This document shows, in pieces, positions 36,008 to 45,482 of a stretch of DNA of 64,000 nucleotides (positions are counted from its first letter, which is position 1; each line of letters starts with the position of its first letter). Made by a program: the position numbers and the translations under genes. Source of the stretch: Candidatus Eiseniibacteriota bacterium (GTDB taxonomy: Bacteria; Eisenbacteria; RBG-16-71-46; CAIMUX01; JAHJDP01); contig JAHJDP010000104.1 of the NCBI GenBank assembly GCA_018831195.1, forward strand, positions 4,758 through 68,757. The letters are read 5' to 3'. Below the pieces are notes generated by a model. That model was not told where the DNA came from. It was given only the letters and a program-made list of their open reading frames with translations, and searched no databases.

Positions 36008-37282
36008 GTGCCTGACGGACTCGTCACCTTGATCAAGGCCTGTTGCGTTCTGGCATTCCAGATGATCTTGGTCGTGGTGCTCATTTGGTTTGAGCGCAAG
36101 GGAGCGGCTTATATCCAGGATCGCACCGGGCCGAACCGCGCGGAGATATTCGGAATCCGCCTCGCCGGCCTGGTTCATCCGGTGGCGGATGTTCTCAAGC
36201 TCGTTTTTAAGGAGGAGATCACACCGCCCCATGTCAGAAAGTTCTATTTCCGGCTGGCTCCCATTGTCAGCCTCATGGTCGCTCTTCTGCCCCTGGCGGT
36301 CATTCCATTCGCCGATATTCTTCCGGGTGACGGCGGGGGTTTTTCATTTCAAACCCTTAATCTCAATGTTGGAATTTTGTACATCTTGGCTGTCAGCTCT
36401 TTTGGGGTTTTCGGGATCATATTCGCTGGATGGGGTTCCAATAATAAGTACAGCATGCTCGGCGGCATGCGGGCGTCGGCCCAGATGATCTCCTACGAGC
36501 TGGCCATGGGATTATCGATCGTTGGGGTGCTCATGGTCTACGGGACTTTGGAACTCAATGAGATGGTGCGCTATCAAGGGGGTCTTCTCTGGGGATTCCT
36601 TCCCCGCTGGGGCATTTTTGTACAACCTATTGCCGCGATCCTTTTTATGACAGCGGCTTTTGCCGAAAGTAACCGTAATCCGTTTGATCTGCCCGAGGGG
36701 GAATCCGAAATCGTTGGATTCCATGTAGAGTATTCCAGTATGAAATTCGCCTGCTTTTTTGTCGGTGAATATGGACACATCGTTGTGGTGTCTTCGATCT
36801 TCACGGCGCTCTTCCTCGGTGGCTGGCAGATCCCCTGGCTGCCCACCCCGGTTTTGAGGGAAAACGCCGGTTTTGCCACGGCGGCGCTCCTGCTGTTCGG
36901 TGTCGTCGGAGGAGTAGTTTTTGCCGGGCTCTTCGGTAAATGGCGCGGACGCTTGCATGAGTTGTATACCGACAGGAGAAAAAATGAGGGGCAGGTCTGG
37001 ATGATTTGCGCCGCTGCGATCGCGGTCATCTGCGCTGTCATCCTTCTCGCCGGCTTCTGGCGGGGACTCTCCCCACAGGGAAGTCTCATAACGGCGGCGG
37101 TTGTTCAGATCATCTGTTTTATGGCCAAAGTGGTGCTCGTTTCATTCTTCTTTATCTGGGTGAGGTGGACGCTGCCCCGATTCCGCTACGACCAGCTCAT
37201 GAGTCTGGGCTGGAAGAATCTTGTCCCATTGGCCATTTTTAATATCCTCATCACCGGTTTTATCCTTCTGGGTGTGGGATGA
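36008..37282 (+). CDS. nuoH: NADH-quinone oxidoreductase subunit H (with about 80-aa two-TM insertion)
   Basis: 424 aa with a GTG start after GGAGGAG. It has AYIQDRTGPNR, AESNRNPFDLPEGESEIV and LPRFRYDQLM. An extra segment at residues about 281-360 lies between FLGGW and the last conserved helix. Confidence 0.92.
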   Translation: MPDGLVTLIKACCVLAFQMILVVVLIWFERKGAAYIQDRTGPNRAEIFGIRLAGLVHPVADVLKLVFKEEITPPHVRKFYFRLAPIVSLMVALLPLAVIPFADILPGDGGGFSFQTLNLNVGILYILAVSSFGVFGIIFAGWGSNNKYSMLGGMRASAQMISYELAMGLSIVGVLMVYGTLELNEMVRYQGGLLWGFLPRWGIFVQPIAAILFMTAAFAESNRNPFDLPEGESEIVGFHVEYSSMKFACFFVGEYGHIVVVSSIFTALFLGGWQIPWLPTPVLRENAGFATAALLLFGVVGGVVFAGLFGKWRGRLHELYTDRRKNEGQVWMICAAAIAVICAVILLAGFWRGLSPQGSLITAAVVQIICFMAKVVLVSFFFIWVRWTLPRFRYDQLMSLGWKNLVPLAIFNILITGFILLGVG

Positions 37283-37324
37283 TAATCCGGTGGGGGAGAG
37301 GTCGCGGATAGGAGTGGGAAGGAA

Positions 37325-37870
37325 ATGATCAAAGTTCCAACACCGAAAATGAGGTGGTGGGAAAAGATCTATCTCTTTGAGATCGTGCGCGGTCTTTGTG
37401 TCACCATGGGGCACTTGATCCGCAATATCTTTGTACAAAAGAACATTTATACGCATCAATGGCCGGAGGAACCCAAGCCGCTTTTCCCCAGGCTCAAGGC
37501 CCGGCATCGGTTAACCCGGCGCGATGACGGCACGCCGAAATGCACGGCATGCTATTGCTGTCAAACAGTCTGCCCCGCCTATTGCATTCACATTGTTGCT
37601 GAAGAGAGTCCCGATGGGTTCGTTGAGAAGCGGCCCAAACAATTCGAAATTGATATTCTTCGCTGTGTCTTTTGCGGCTACTGCGTTGAAGCCTGTCCGG
37701 AGGATGCGATCAGAATGGATACCGGTGACGCTGTAATCGTCAGCAATCATCGGGAGGATTTTATCCTCGATTTGAAGTTCCTGCTGAACGGGAAGGGAAC
37801 AGAATGGCGCCGGAGCCGCAGATTTGAGGATCACACGATCGCGAGGCCGCCGGCGACCTTCGGGGAATGA
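37325..37870 (+). CDS. nuoI: NADH-quinone oxidoreductase subunit I
   Basis: 181 aa with two 4Fe-4S motifs, CTACYCCQTVCP and CVFCGYCVEACP. Confidence 0.93.
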   Translation: MIKVPTPKMRWWEKIYLFEIVRGLCVTMGHLIRNIFVQKNIYTHQWPEEPKPLFPRLKARHRLTRRDDGTPKCTACYCCQTVCPAYCIHIVAEESPDGFVEKRPKQFEIDILRCVFCGYCVEACPEDAIRMDTGDAVIVSNHREDFILDLKFLLNGKGTEWRRSRRFEDHTIARPPATFGE

Positions 37871-37874
37871 TGAT

Positions 37875-38372
37875 ATGACCGGTCTTCCATTTTACATTTT
37901 TGCCCTGATATCGGCGATCGGCGCCGTTCTCACGGTGACGCGCAAGAATCCTTTGACCGGGGCGTTGTGTCTCGCTCTGACCATGATCGGACTTGCCGGA
38001 CTGTTTCTTTTGTTGCACGGCTATCTCGTTTTTGTGCTGCAGATCTTGGTTTACGCCGGTGCGGTTGTCGTACTGATCATTTTCGTGATCATGATGCTGA
38101 ATATCCGGGAACCGGTGGTTCGGCTGCAGCGCCTGTATTGGAAACGGGCCCTGCCCGGGGGGGTGTTGAGTTTGGTGCTTCTCTATCTTCTGTGGCGCCC
38201 GCTTCAAAACATTCCGGATTTCCCCCCCTCGATTTCCGATTCTTTCGGCACGGTGGAGAGGGTGGGAGTAGAGATTTTCACGCGATACGCTTTTCCGTTC
38301 GAGGTGCTCTCATTGGTTCTTCTCATCGCTATCGTCGGCGCTGTCGTTCTGGCGAAGAAAAGTGAGGATTAG
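37875..38372 (+). CDS. nuoJ: NADH-quinone oxidoreductase subunit J
   Basis: The ORF is tracked from 37824. ATG 37875 gives MTGLPFYIFALISAIGAVLTVTRKNP. It has YAGAVVVLIIFVIMML. Confidence 0.88.
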   Translation: MTGLPFYIFALISAIGAVLTVTRKNPLTGALCLALTMIGLAGLFLLLHGYLVFVLQILVYAGAVVVLIIFVIMMLNIREPVVRLQRLYWKRALPGGVLSLVLLYLLWRPLQNIPDFPPSISDSFGTVERVGVEIFTRYAFPFEVLSLVLLIAIVGAVVLAKKSED

Positions 38373-38375
38373 GGG

Positions 38376-38681
38376 ATGGACGTGCAGCTATCACACTATA
38401 TCGCTCTGTCCGCTTTCCTATTCATGGTGGGGATTTTCGGATTTGTTTGGCGGCGGAATTTTCTTATTGTCTTGATGTCGGTCGAGCTGATGTTGAATGC
38501 CGTGAACCTCGCGCTCGTCGCTTTCGCCCGGTACTGGGACAACCCGGAAGGGCACGTGTTCACCTTTTTTGTTATCGCTCTGGCGGCGGCGGAGGCGGCG
38601 GTGGGGTTGTCTATCCTCATTGTCATTTACCGTCAGCGGGAGAGTGTGGATGTCGGGGATTTCAGGCGATTGAGGGAATAG
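38376..38681 (+). CDS. nuoK: NADH-quinone oxidoreductase subunit K
   Basis: 101 aa with RRNFLIVLMSVELMLNAVNLA and AAAEAAVGLSIL. Confidence 0.93.
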   Translation: MDVQLSHYIALSAFLFMVGIFGFVWRRNFLIVLMSVELMLNAVNLALVAFARYWDNPEGHVFTFFVIALAAAEAAVGLSILIVIYRQRESVDVGDFRRLRE

Positions 38682-38754
38682 TACGGAGCTGTTGAACTTG
38701 GCGGCGCCCGGCGGGGCGTGGTTCATTTAGGGGAGTTCATTCAGGGGGAAGGAT

Positions 38755-40722
38755 ATGGAAACCAGGCTGTGGCTCATACCCGCGTTGCCCTTCATGGGGA
38801 GCGCCTTGGTGGGTCTGCTGGCCCTGGCTTCAACTCGACGGAAGGAAGGGCTTCCTGAGCCGATCCTCGGTCTCCTGGGATGCGCCGGCCCGGTCATCTC
38901 CTTCTTTCTGGTCGCGAAGATATATATCCACTTTGTCGCTCTCCCCGCCGGTGAGAGACTGATTCATCAAGTTTTATATGAATGGATCAGCGCCGGGGAA
39001 TTCCATCTTCCCGTCGCATTCCAGATGGATACCCTCAGCCTCACCATGCTGCTCTTCGTGACGGCGGTCGGCTCTCTCATACACATTTACTCGATCGGTT
39101 ATATGCGTGGAGACAGGGGATTCGCGCGCTATTTCTCTTATCTGAACCTCTTCATGTTCTCCATGATCCTGCTGGTTCTCGGTGATTCGATGCTGACCCT
39201 CTTCGTCGGATGGGAGGGTGTCGGGCTCTGCAGTTATCTCTTGATCGGGTTTTGGTTTGAGGATCCGGAGAAGGCGGCCGCCGGCAAAAAGGCGTTTATT
39301 GTCAACCGTATCGGCGACCTCGGATTTTTGCTCGGGATCTTTTTGATCTATTGGACGCTGGCGCGCCATGGTGAGCCCGGGCTTCAATTCCATCTGATAG
39401 AATCACAGGCCCATCTCCTCCACGGCGGCGTGGCCACGGCGGCGGCGCTGTTACTCTTTACCGGGGCCGTCGGCAAATCAGCGCAGATACCTCTCTATGT
39501 TTGGCTACCCGACGCCATGGCCGGTCCCACGCCGGTCAGCGCCTTGATTCATGCGGCTACAATGGTCACCGCCGGTGTCTATATGGTGGCCCGGATGAAT
39601 TTCCTTTACGTTCTCAGCCCTACGGCGATGATCGTCGTCGCAACGGTCGGCGCCGTGACGGCCCTCTACGCCGCCACAATTGCGGTGACCCAAAACGATA
39701 TTAAAAAGGTTCTCGCCTACTCCACCGTCAGCCAGCTCGGGTATATGTTTATCGGGGTCGGATTGGGGGCTTTCTCGGCCGGGATCTTTCATGTTTTGAC
39801 GCATGCCTTTTTCAAGGCGGTGCTATTCCTCGGCGCCGGCAGCGTCATTCATGCCATGGGCGGGGAACAGGATATGCGGAAAATGGGAGGCTTGGCGAAA
39901 CGCCTGCCCATTACAACATTAACATTCGGCGCCGGCTTTCTTGCCCTTGCCGGTCTCCCGCCCTTCGCAGGATTCTTCAGCAAAGACGAGATTTTGTGGG
40001 CGGCCTTCTCGGCCGACAACCCGGCGTGGGGATCGTGGCCGAAGGTCCTGTGGATCATGGGACTGCTTGGCGCCGCACTGACCGCCTTTTATATGATGAG
40101 GGCTTTTGCGCTGACCTTTTTGGGCAGCCCCCGTTTTAGCGAGAAGGATCATCATGTGCACGAGTCGCCGCTTTCGATGGCGATGCCCCTGCTGGTGCTC
40201 GCGGCGGGATCTATAAGCATCGGTTTTCTGGGCGTGCCCGAAGTCCTCAAATCGGGCTCGAATCATTTTCATCATTGGCTGGCGCCCATCTTTTTCCATG
40301 GGGCGCACGGGGAATCCGCCGGTCCCGCGTCGCATGCCGCGTCCCAGGAGATACTGCTGATGTGTGTTTCCGTCCTGGCCGCCCTTAGCGGTCTGGCCCT
40401 GGGATTCTGGATTTACCGGCGCCGTCCGGAGATCGCGGAACGCGGCCGTCATGCATTGGGCGGCTTATACAAACTTGTGCTGAATAAATATTATGTCGAT
40501 GAGCTCTATAACGCCGCTATCATCCGGCCGGTCGGAACCATTTCCAGGAACATTCTTTGGAAGATCGTGGACGTGTGGATCATCGACGGGATCGTCAATC
40601 TTGTCGGGATTCTCAGCCGTGTTGGATCTTATATCATTCGCTTCATGCAGGTGGGCAGCGTGCAGATCTATGCTTTGGTCATTCTGGCCGGCGTGATCGT
40701 CTTATTGTTGGGCGCATTCTAG
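38755..40722 (+). CDS. nuoL: NADH-quinone oxidoreductase subunit L
   Basis: 655 aa. It is an antiporter-like subunit with WEGVGLCSYLLIGFW, GKSAQIPLYVWLPDAMAGPTPVSALIHAATMV and a long C-terminal lateral-helix region. Confidence 0.94.
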   Translation: METRLWLIPALPFMGSALVGLLALASTRRKEGLPEPILGLLGCAGPVISFFLVAKIYIHFVALPAGERLIHQVLYEWISAGEFHLPVAFQMDTLSLTMLLFVTAVGSLIHIYSIGYMRGDRGFARYFSYLNLFMFSMILLVLGDSMLTLFVGWEGVGLCSYLLIGFWFEDPEKAAAGKKAFIVNRIGDLGFLLGIFLIYWTLARHGEPGLQFHLIESQAHLLHGGVATAAALLLFTGAVGKSAQIPLYVWLPDAMAGPTPVSALIHAATMVTAGVYMVARMNFLYVLSPTAMIVVATVGAVTALYAATIAVTQNDIKKVLAYSTVSQLGYMFIGVGLGAFSAGIFHVLTHAFFKAVLFLGAGSVIHAMGGEQDMRKMGGLAKRLPITTLTFGAGFLALAGLPPFAGFFSKDEILWAAFSADNPAWGSWPKVLWIMGLLGAALTAFYMMRAFALTFLGSPRFSEKDHHVHESPLSMAMPLLVLAAGSISIGFLGVPEVLKSGSNHFHHWLAPIFFHGAHGESAGPASHAASQEILLMCVSVLAALSGLALGFWIYRRRPEIAERGRHALGGLYKLVLNKYYVDELYNAAIIRPVGTISRNILWKIVDVWIIDGIVNLVGILSRVGSYIIRFMQVGSVQIYALVILAGVIVLLLGAF

Positions 40723-40733
40723 GGAGAAGCCTG

Positions 40734-42401
40734 ATGAGTGAAAGCCATATCCTTGCTTGGATCATCTTTCTCCCCCTCGCGGGGGCCGGGCTCCTCATGT
40801 TTTATCCGAAGGATCAGGAGGAAGCCATCCGCCGCACGGCGCTGCTCGTCGCGCTTGTCGTGGCCGGTTTCTGCGTTCCCCTTCTGACAGGGTTTCAATC
40901 CGTCGCCAACCTCCAATATGTTGAGAAACTATCTTGGATCCCAGCCTGGGGCGTGGAATATCATGTGGGTCTTGATGGGATCTCCCTATTCCTCGTGCTG
41001 CTCACCGCTTTCCTGATACCCCTCGCGATCCTCGCCTCCTGGGGCGATATTCGCGAGCGTGTCAAAGAGTTCCATATCTTCTTTCTCATCCTGGAAACCG
41101 GCATCATGGGCGCCCTGCTGTCGATGGATCTTTTCCTTTTCTATATTTTCTGGGAACTCATGCTCATTCCGATGTATTTCATTATCGGCGTGTGGGGCGG
41201 CGGCCGCAGGGTTTATGCGGCGCTGAAATTTGTTCTTTACACAATCATCGGTTCTCTGCTCATGTTGGTGGCCATTCTCTGGGTTGTTCTCTCGCATCAG
41301 GCCGAAACAGGGCGGATGACATTCAATCTCTTGATCCTCTATGAGCATCAGCTGCCTCACGCGGCGCAGTGGTGGTGTTTCCTGGCGTTCGGGCTTGCTT
41401 TCGCCATCAAGGTTCCAATCTTTCCTTTTCATACCTGGCTGCCGGACGCTCACACCGAAGCGCCGACGGCGGGAAGTGTTATCCTGGCCGGGGTGCTTCT
41501 GAAAATGGGAACCTACGGGTTCCTCCGTTTCGCCATGCCGCTTTTCCCACAGGCCGCCTTGGCCGCACAGCCCTATATTCTGGTGCTGGCCGTGGTTGGG
41601 ATTATCTACGGCGCCCTTGTCGCCATGATGCAGGATGATGTCAAGAGGCTGGTGGCCTATTCCTCTGTCAGCCATCTTGGATTTGTAATGCTGGGGCTCT
41701 TTTCCTTGAATATAGAGGCCTTCCAGGGGAGTCTTTACCAAATGTTAAACCACGGTCTCTCCACGGGGGCGCTCTTCCTTCTCGTGGGGATGATCTATGG
41801 CCGGCGCCATACCCGGCTCATCGCGGATTACGGCGGTCTGGCGCGGACGGTGCCGTTATTCGCAGCGTCATTTCTCTTTATTACACTGTCCAGTATCGGA
41901 TTGCCGGGGCTCAACGGTTTTGTGGGCGAGTTCCTCATTCTTCTGGGCGCCTTCGGATCAAAGATGTGGACGGCGATTCTCGGTGGATTGGGGGTGGTGC
42001 TGGGCGCCTTCTATATGTTGTGGCTTTGTCAGAGATTTCTCTTCGGCCCTGTCACTCATGCGGAAAACAAGGGGTTGCGTGATCTCAATCTCAGAGAAGG
42101 ATTGACCCTGATCCCGATCTTTTTCCTCGTTATCTATATGGGGGTGTCACCCAAGCCCCTGCTGGACCGGATGGAGCCCAGCCTTATCAAAGCCTTGGAT
42201 CGGATGACAGCTCATATGGAGCCCCTCCCGGTTGAACATTCCCCGCAGATGCATTCATGGATGGAGCCCGCATCGGAGGCCTCTCCGCCGGAGACCATGG
42301 GGCCGCCGGCGCCCGCCGCAGCGCAGCCGGAGTCCAGTGAGATGGCTGCAGCCCCGAAATCCGAAATCGTCCACAAAATTGAAGACAGGGTGGATCTATG
42401 A
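40734..42401 (+). CDS. nuoM: NADH-quinone oxidoreductase subunit M (with Pro/Ala/Glu-rich C-terminal tail)
   Basis: The ORF is tracked from 40557. ATG 40734 follows GGGAGAAG and gives MSESHILAWIIFLPLAGAG. It has FWELMLIPMYFIIGVWGG and HTWLPDAHTEAPTAGSV. Confidence 0.93.
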   Translation: MSESHILAWIIFLPLAGAGLLMFYPKDQEEAIRRTALLVALVVAGFCVPLLTGFQSVANLQYVEKLSWIPAWGVEYHVGLDGISLFLVLLTAFLIPLAILASWGDIRERVKEFHIFFLILETGIMGALLSMDLFLFYIFWELMLIPMYFIIGVWGGGRRVYAALKFVLYTIIGSLLMLVAILWVVLSHQAETGRMTFNLLILYEHQLPHAAQWWCFLAFGLAFAIKVPIFPFHTWLPDAHTEAPTAGSVILAGVLLKMGTYGFLRFAMPLFPQAALAAQPYILVLAVVGIIYGALVAMMQDDVKRLVAYSSVSHLGFVMLGLFSLNIEAFQGSLYQMLNHGLSTGALFLLVGMIYGRRHTRLIADYGGLARTVPLFAASFLFITLSSIGLPGLNGFVGEFLILLGAFGSKMWTAILGGLGVVLGAFYMLWLCQRFLFGPVTHAENKGLRDLNLREGLTLIPIFFLVIYMGVSPKPLLDRMEPSLIKALDRMTAHMEPLPVEHSPQMHSWMEPASEASPPETMGPPAPAAAQPESSEMAAAPKSEIVHKIEDRVDL

Positions 42402-43879
42402 ACTCCGGATCCCTATTACAATCCAGTCTGGTTTCCCTGCTGCCGTTTCTCATTCTGGGATTGGGCGGTGTCGTCCTGCTGGTGCTTGATGCCATCTGGC
42501 CGAAGTCAAAGCGGTTCGATACGACGATTCTCGGCATTCCGCTCGTGCTGCTGGCTATTACGGCCCTCATCCACCAGTGGAGGCATCCCATCGCCGTCAC
42601 CCCTCTGAAGGGAATGTATCTGGCGGATACCTTCGGCGCCTTTCTGGGAATTGTGATTTGCCTGAGTCTGCTTTTAACCATCCTTCTATCGACACACTAT
42701 CTGAAACTGATGGGGCGATTGCGTGGAGAGTATTTCGCACTGCTCTTTCTATCCGCCGCGGGGATGATCCTGCTGGCGAGTTCGACCGAACTCTTGACCC
42801 TTTTCCTCGGCCTCGAGCTTCTATCTTTCCCGGTTTATATTCTCACCGCCTTTCTGAGGAAGGATGCCAAAAGCAACGAAGCCGGCATGAAGTATTTTTT
42901 GCTGGGAGCTTTCTCGTCAGCCATCTTTCTCTACGGCGCGGCGATGATCTACGGCGCCACCGGGCAGACGGATCTTATGCTGGCCCTTTCCTCCGCGGCG
43001 ATGCCGAAGCTGCTTGTCGTGGGGATTGTCCTGTTGCTGTCCGGCCTGCTCTTCAAGGTCGCCTCGGTGCCCTTTCATATGTGGGCGCCGGATGTTTATG
43101 AGGGCGCCCCGACGGCGGTGACGGCCTTTATGGCCACCGCCGTGAAAGCCGCCGCCTTCGGCGCGCTGATCCGGATCCTCATTGTCACCTTCCCGGCGCT
43201 CGCCATGGTGCCGTTGGAAAGGATTTTCTGGTGGCTCGCCGTCTTGTCAATGACGGTCGGCAATTTCGCCGCTCTGACACAATCCAACATCAAGCGGATG
43301 CTGGCCTATTCCTCGATCGCGCACGCCGGATATATCCTTGTGGGCGTGACCGCATTGATCGCGTCCGGTTCTTCTGAAGCTGTTGCGGGGATTCTCTATT
43401 ACCTGCTGGCCTATACCTTCATGAACATCTGCGCCTTTGGCGTTGTGATCGCTTTGACAGAGAAGGGCAGGGAGCGTCTTGAGATTCATGAACTAGGGGG
43501 TGTGGGTTGGCGGAGACCCGGCCTGGGCTTGGCTATGATTGTGGCCATGGTAGCCCTCTCGGGAATTCCCCCGACAGCGGGTTTCTTCGGTAAGTATTAT
43601 ATTTTCCAGAGTGCCGTGAAATCAGGATTGCTGAGCTTGGTTATCATCGGAGTTCTGAACAGCGCCCTCTCAGTCTATTATTATTTTAGAGTCCTCGTCG
43701 CCTTCTATATGAAACCCTCGGAGGGAGAGCTCCTATCCCAACGGAACGCCGGCGTCGGATTGGCGCTGGCCTTTTCCGTCATAGCGATCCTTTGGCTCGC
43801 GGTAGGACCCGATGGGGTCATTCCGGGCGCACCCCAGCTGCTGAACTGGGTAAGGGATTCGTTTGTCGCTTTGCCGTAG
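42398..43879 (+). CDS. nuoN: NADH-quinone oxidoreductase subunit N
   Basis: 493 aa with an ATGA overlap with nuoM. It has LGLELLSFPVY, FKVASVPFHMWAPDVYEGAPT and KRMLAYSSIAHAGY. Confidence 0.93.
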   Translation: MNSGSLLQSSLVSLLPFLILGLGGVVLLVLDAIWPKSKRFDTTILGIPLVLLAITALIHQWRHPIAVTPLKGMYLADTFGAFLGIVICLSLLLTILLSTHYLKLMGRLRGEYFALLFLSAAGMILLASSTELLTLFLGLELLSFPVYILTAFLRKDAKSNEAGMKYFLLGAFSSAIFLYGAAMIYGATGQTDLMLALSSAAMPKLLVVGIVLLLSGLLFKVASVPFHMWAPDVYEGAPTAVTAFMATAVKAAAFGALIRILIVTFPALAMVPLERIFWWLAVLSMTVGNFAALTQSNIKRMLAYSSIAHAGYILVGVTALIASGSSEAVAGILYYLLAYTFMNICAFGVVIALTEKGRERLEIHELGGVGWRRPGLGLAMIVAMVALSGIPPTAGFFGKYYIFQSAVKSGLLSLVIIGVLNSALSVYYYFRVLVAFYMKPSEGELLSQRNAGVGLALAFSVIAILWLAVGPDGVIPGAPQLLNWVRDSFVALP

Positions 43880-43948
43880 AGATCTCTGCACCATGGGCCT
43901 TCACATGTCGCGTCGGAGCGATTCGGCTATTCGATCCATCTTCCCGGG

Positions 43949-44722
43949 ATGAGGACCATGATTCGCTGGATATTCTTTGATGTCGGCAATGTATTGATGA
44001 ATGACGATCAGGTCATGTCGTATTTGTATCAGGAATTGTACAAGAGGATCCTCGAAACGAAACCAAGTTTCTCATATGCCGAATTGCTGCGCCGGCGCGA
44101 GCACGCCATTCGTCGCGATGGCGCCGGGCACTGGGCCGATTTGGCGGAAAAGTATCTTGGGACCGCGGGGAAAGATGATCTGATCCAGCGGACGACCGAG
44201 AGGATGAGAGACCATTATCTCGAAATGCATAATGTCCTGCCCGGTATGAACGATGCGGTACTCGTGCTTTCCAAAAAATATCAACTGGGCCTCATTGCCA
44301 ATCAACTTAAGGAAGTCCTCCCCGCGCTGGACCGCGCCGGGTGGGACGGCCTCTTCCGCGTTCGAGCCATCAGTGAACTCGTCGGATCGAAAAAGCCCGA
44401 CCTCGCCATCTTCCGATGGGCCCTTGATCGGGCCGGCTGTCGGCCGGAAGAGGCCGTGATGATAGGGGATCGTGTGGACAATGACATTGCACCCGCCAAA
44501 AGAATCGGAATGCGGACGATCTGGCTCCACTTCCCCCATGCTGAAAAGGGAACCTCATTGCAAAACAAGAAGGATAGGATGTATTTGGAGAGCCAAAGGA
44601 GAATTTCTATCGTTTCGATCCCCCCAAAATCCGAAGAAGATGCGCCGGACGCGGAAGCCGACTCAGCCAAGGGGGTGCTGGAAGCGATTCAAACCTTCGA
44701 CCGGCCTGACGAACCTGTTTAG
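43949..44722 (+). CDS. HAD-superfamily hydrolase
   Basis: 257 aa with IFFDVGNVLMNDD (a motif I variant), GLIANQ, SKKPD and MIGDRVDNDI. Confidence 0.7.
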   Translation: MRTMIRWIFFDVGNVLMNDDQVMSYLYQELYKRILETKPSFSYAELLRRREHAIRRDGAGHWADLAEKYLGTAGKDDLIQRTTERMRDHYLEMHNVLPGMNDAVLVLSKKYQLGLIANQLKEVLPALDRAGWDGLFRVRAISELVGSKKPDLAIFRWALDRAGCRPEEAVMIGDRVDNDIAPAKRIGMRTIWLHFPHAEKGTSLQNKKDRMYLESQRRISIVSIPPKSEEDAPDAEADSAKGVLEAIQTFDRPDEPV

Positions 44723-44846
44723 CGAACCGGCCCAACCAGCCGGCAGGACACCGTTTGGGGCAAAAGTTAGGCGTCCACCGGCCGATAAATGAAAGAGATT
44801 TATCATGGATTCTATGAATCGTGAGACGAATGAAAAGGAGAAGGAG

Positions 44847-45230
44847 ATGGCGAGGGTAGGAAATCGGATTCGTCCGGGGCGTTTTACACTGGGTTCTTGG
44901 TCTACGCTCAAAGCGGAGGACGCGCAGAATGAGCTGTCCCAAAGGGTGATTGCCACGCAGCGTCTGGTCGTGACCCGCTGCCACTACCGGCCCCACGCCC
45001 ATTTCCCCCAGCACTCGCATCTCCAGGAACAGATTACAATTGTTGAGCGCGGACGTTTGGAATTCGTCATCGATGATCGGACGATCCCGGTGAATCAGGG
45101 TGAGATGATATCCGTTTGCCCGCGTGTTCCCCATGAAACGCATGTCCCCGCCGGAGAGGAAGTCGTGGCTCTTAATATTTTCCTTAATCTCTCGGCGCCA
45201 TGCCACGCCCCCTTTCCCGGGCAATCCTGA
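44847..45230 (+). CDS. cupin-domain protein
   Basis: The ORF is tracked from 44805. ATG 44847 is preceded by AAGGAGAAGGAG. Cupin motifs are HAHFPQHSHLQEQITIVERG and GEMISVCPRVPHETHV. Confidence 0.7.
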   Translation: MARVGNRIRPGRFTLGSWSTLKAEDAQNELSQRVIATQRLVVTRCHYRPHAHFPQHSHLQEQITIVERGRLEFVIDDRTIPVNQGEMISVCPRVPHETHVPAGEEVVALNIFLNLSAPCHAPFPGQS

Positions 45231-45325
45231 TCCCCGGGATGGGGATGGTGAACCCTTGCCCGCAAGTGCATCCCGCTCGACATCTTGCGGCCATGCCTCG
45301 CCGGCCCCGCGTGGCTGCGCCCCGC

Positions 45326-45355
45326 TTGACACCTTCCGCTAGAACTGGTTAGTTT
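45326..45355 (+). promoter_or_regulatory. sigma70-like promoter upstream of the 45483 lipoprotein gene
   Basis: TTGACA (45326-45331), an 18-nt spacer, then TAGTTT (45350-45355). A 7-bp hairpin GGGATCG..CGATCCC lies in the roughly 125-nt leader. Confidence 0.4.
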
Positions 45356-45482
45356 CTCATCAGTGGGATCGTTTGAGAGCTTTCGATCCCGCAATCGGGC
45401 AAGGAATTCTGGAAGTCCCCCCATGGGAATTAATGACTCGATCAATCTCCTGACGACGGGGTTGGGTTGAAAGAGAAGGTCC

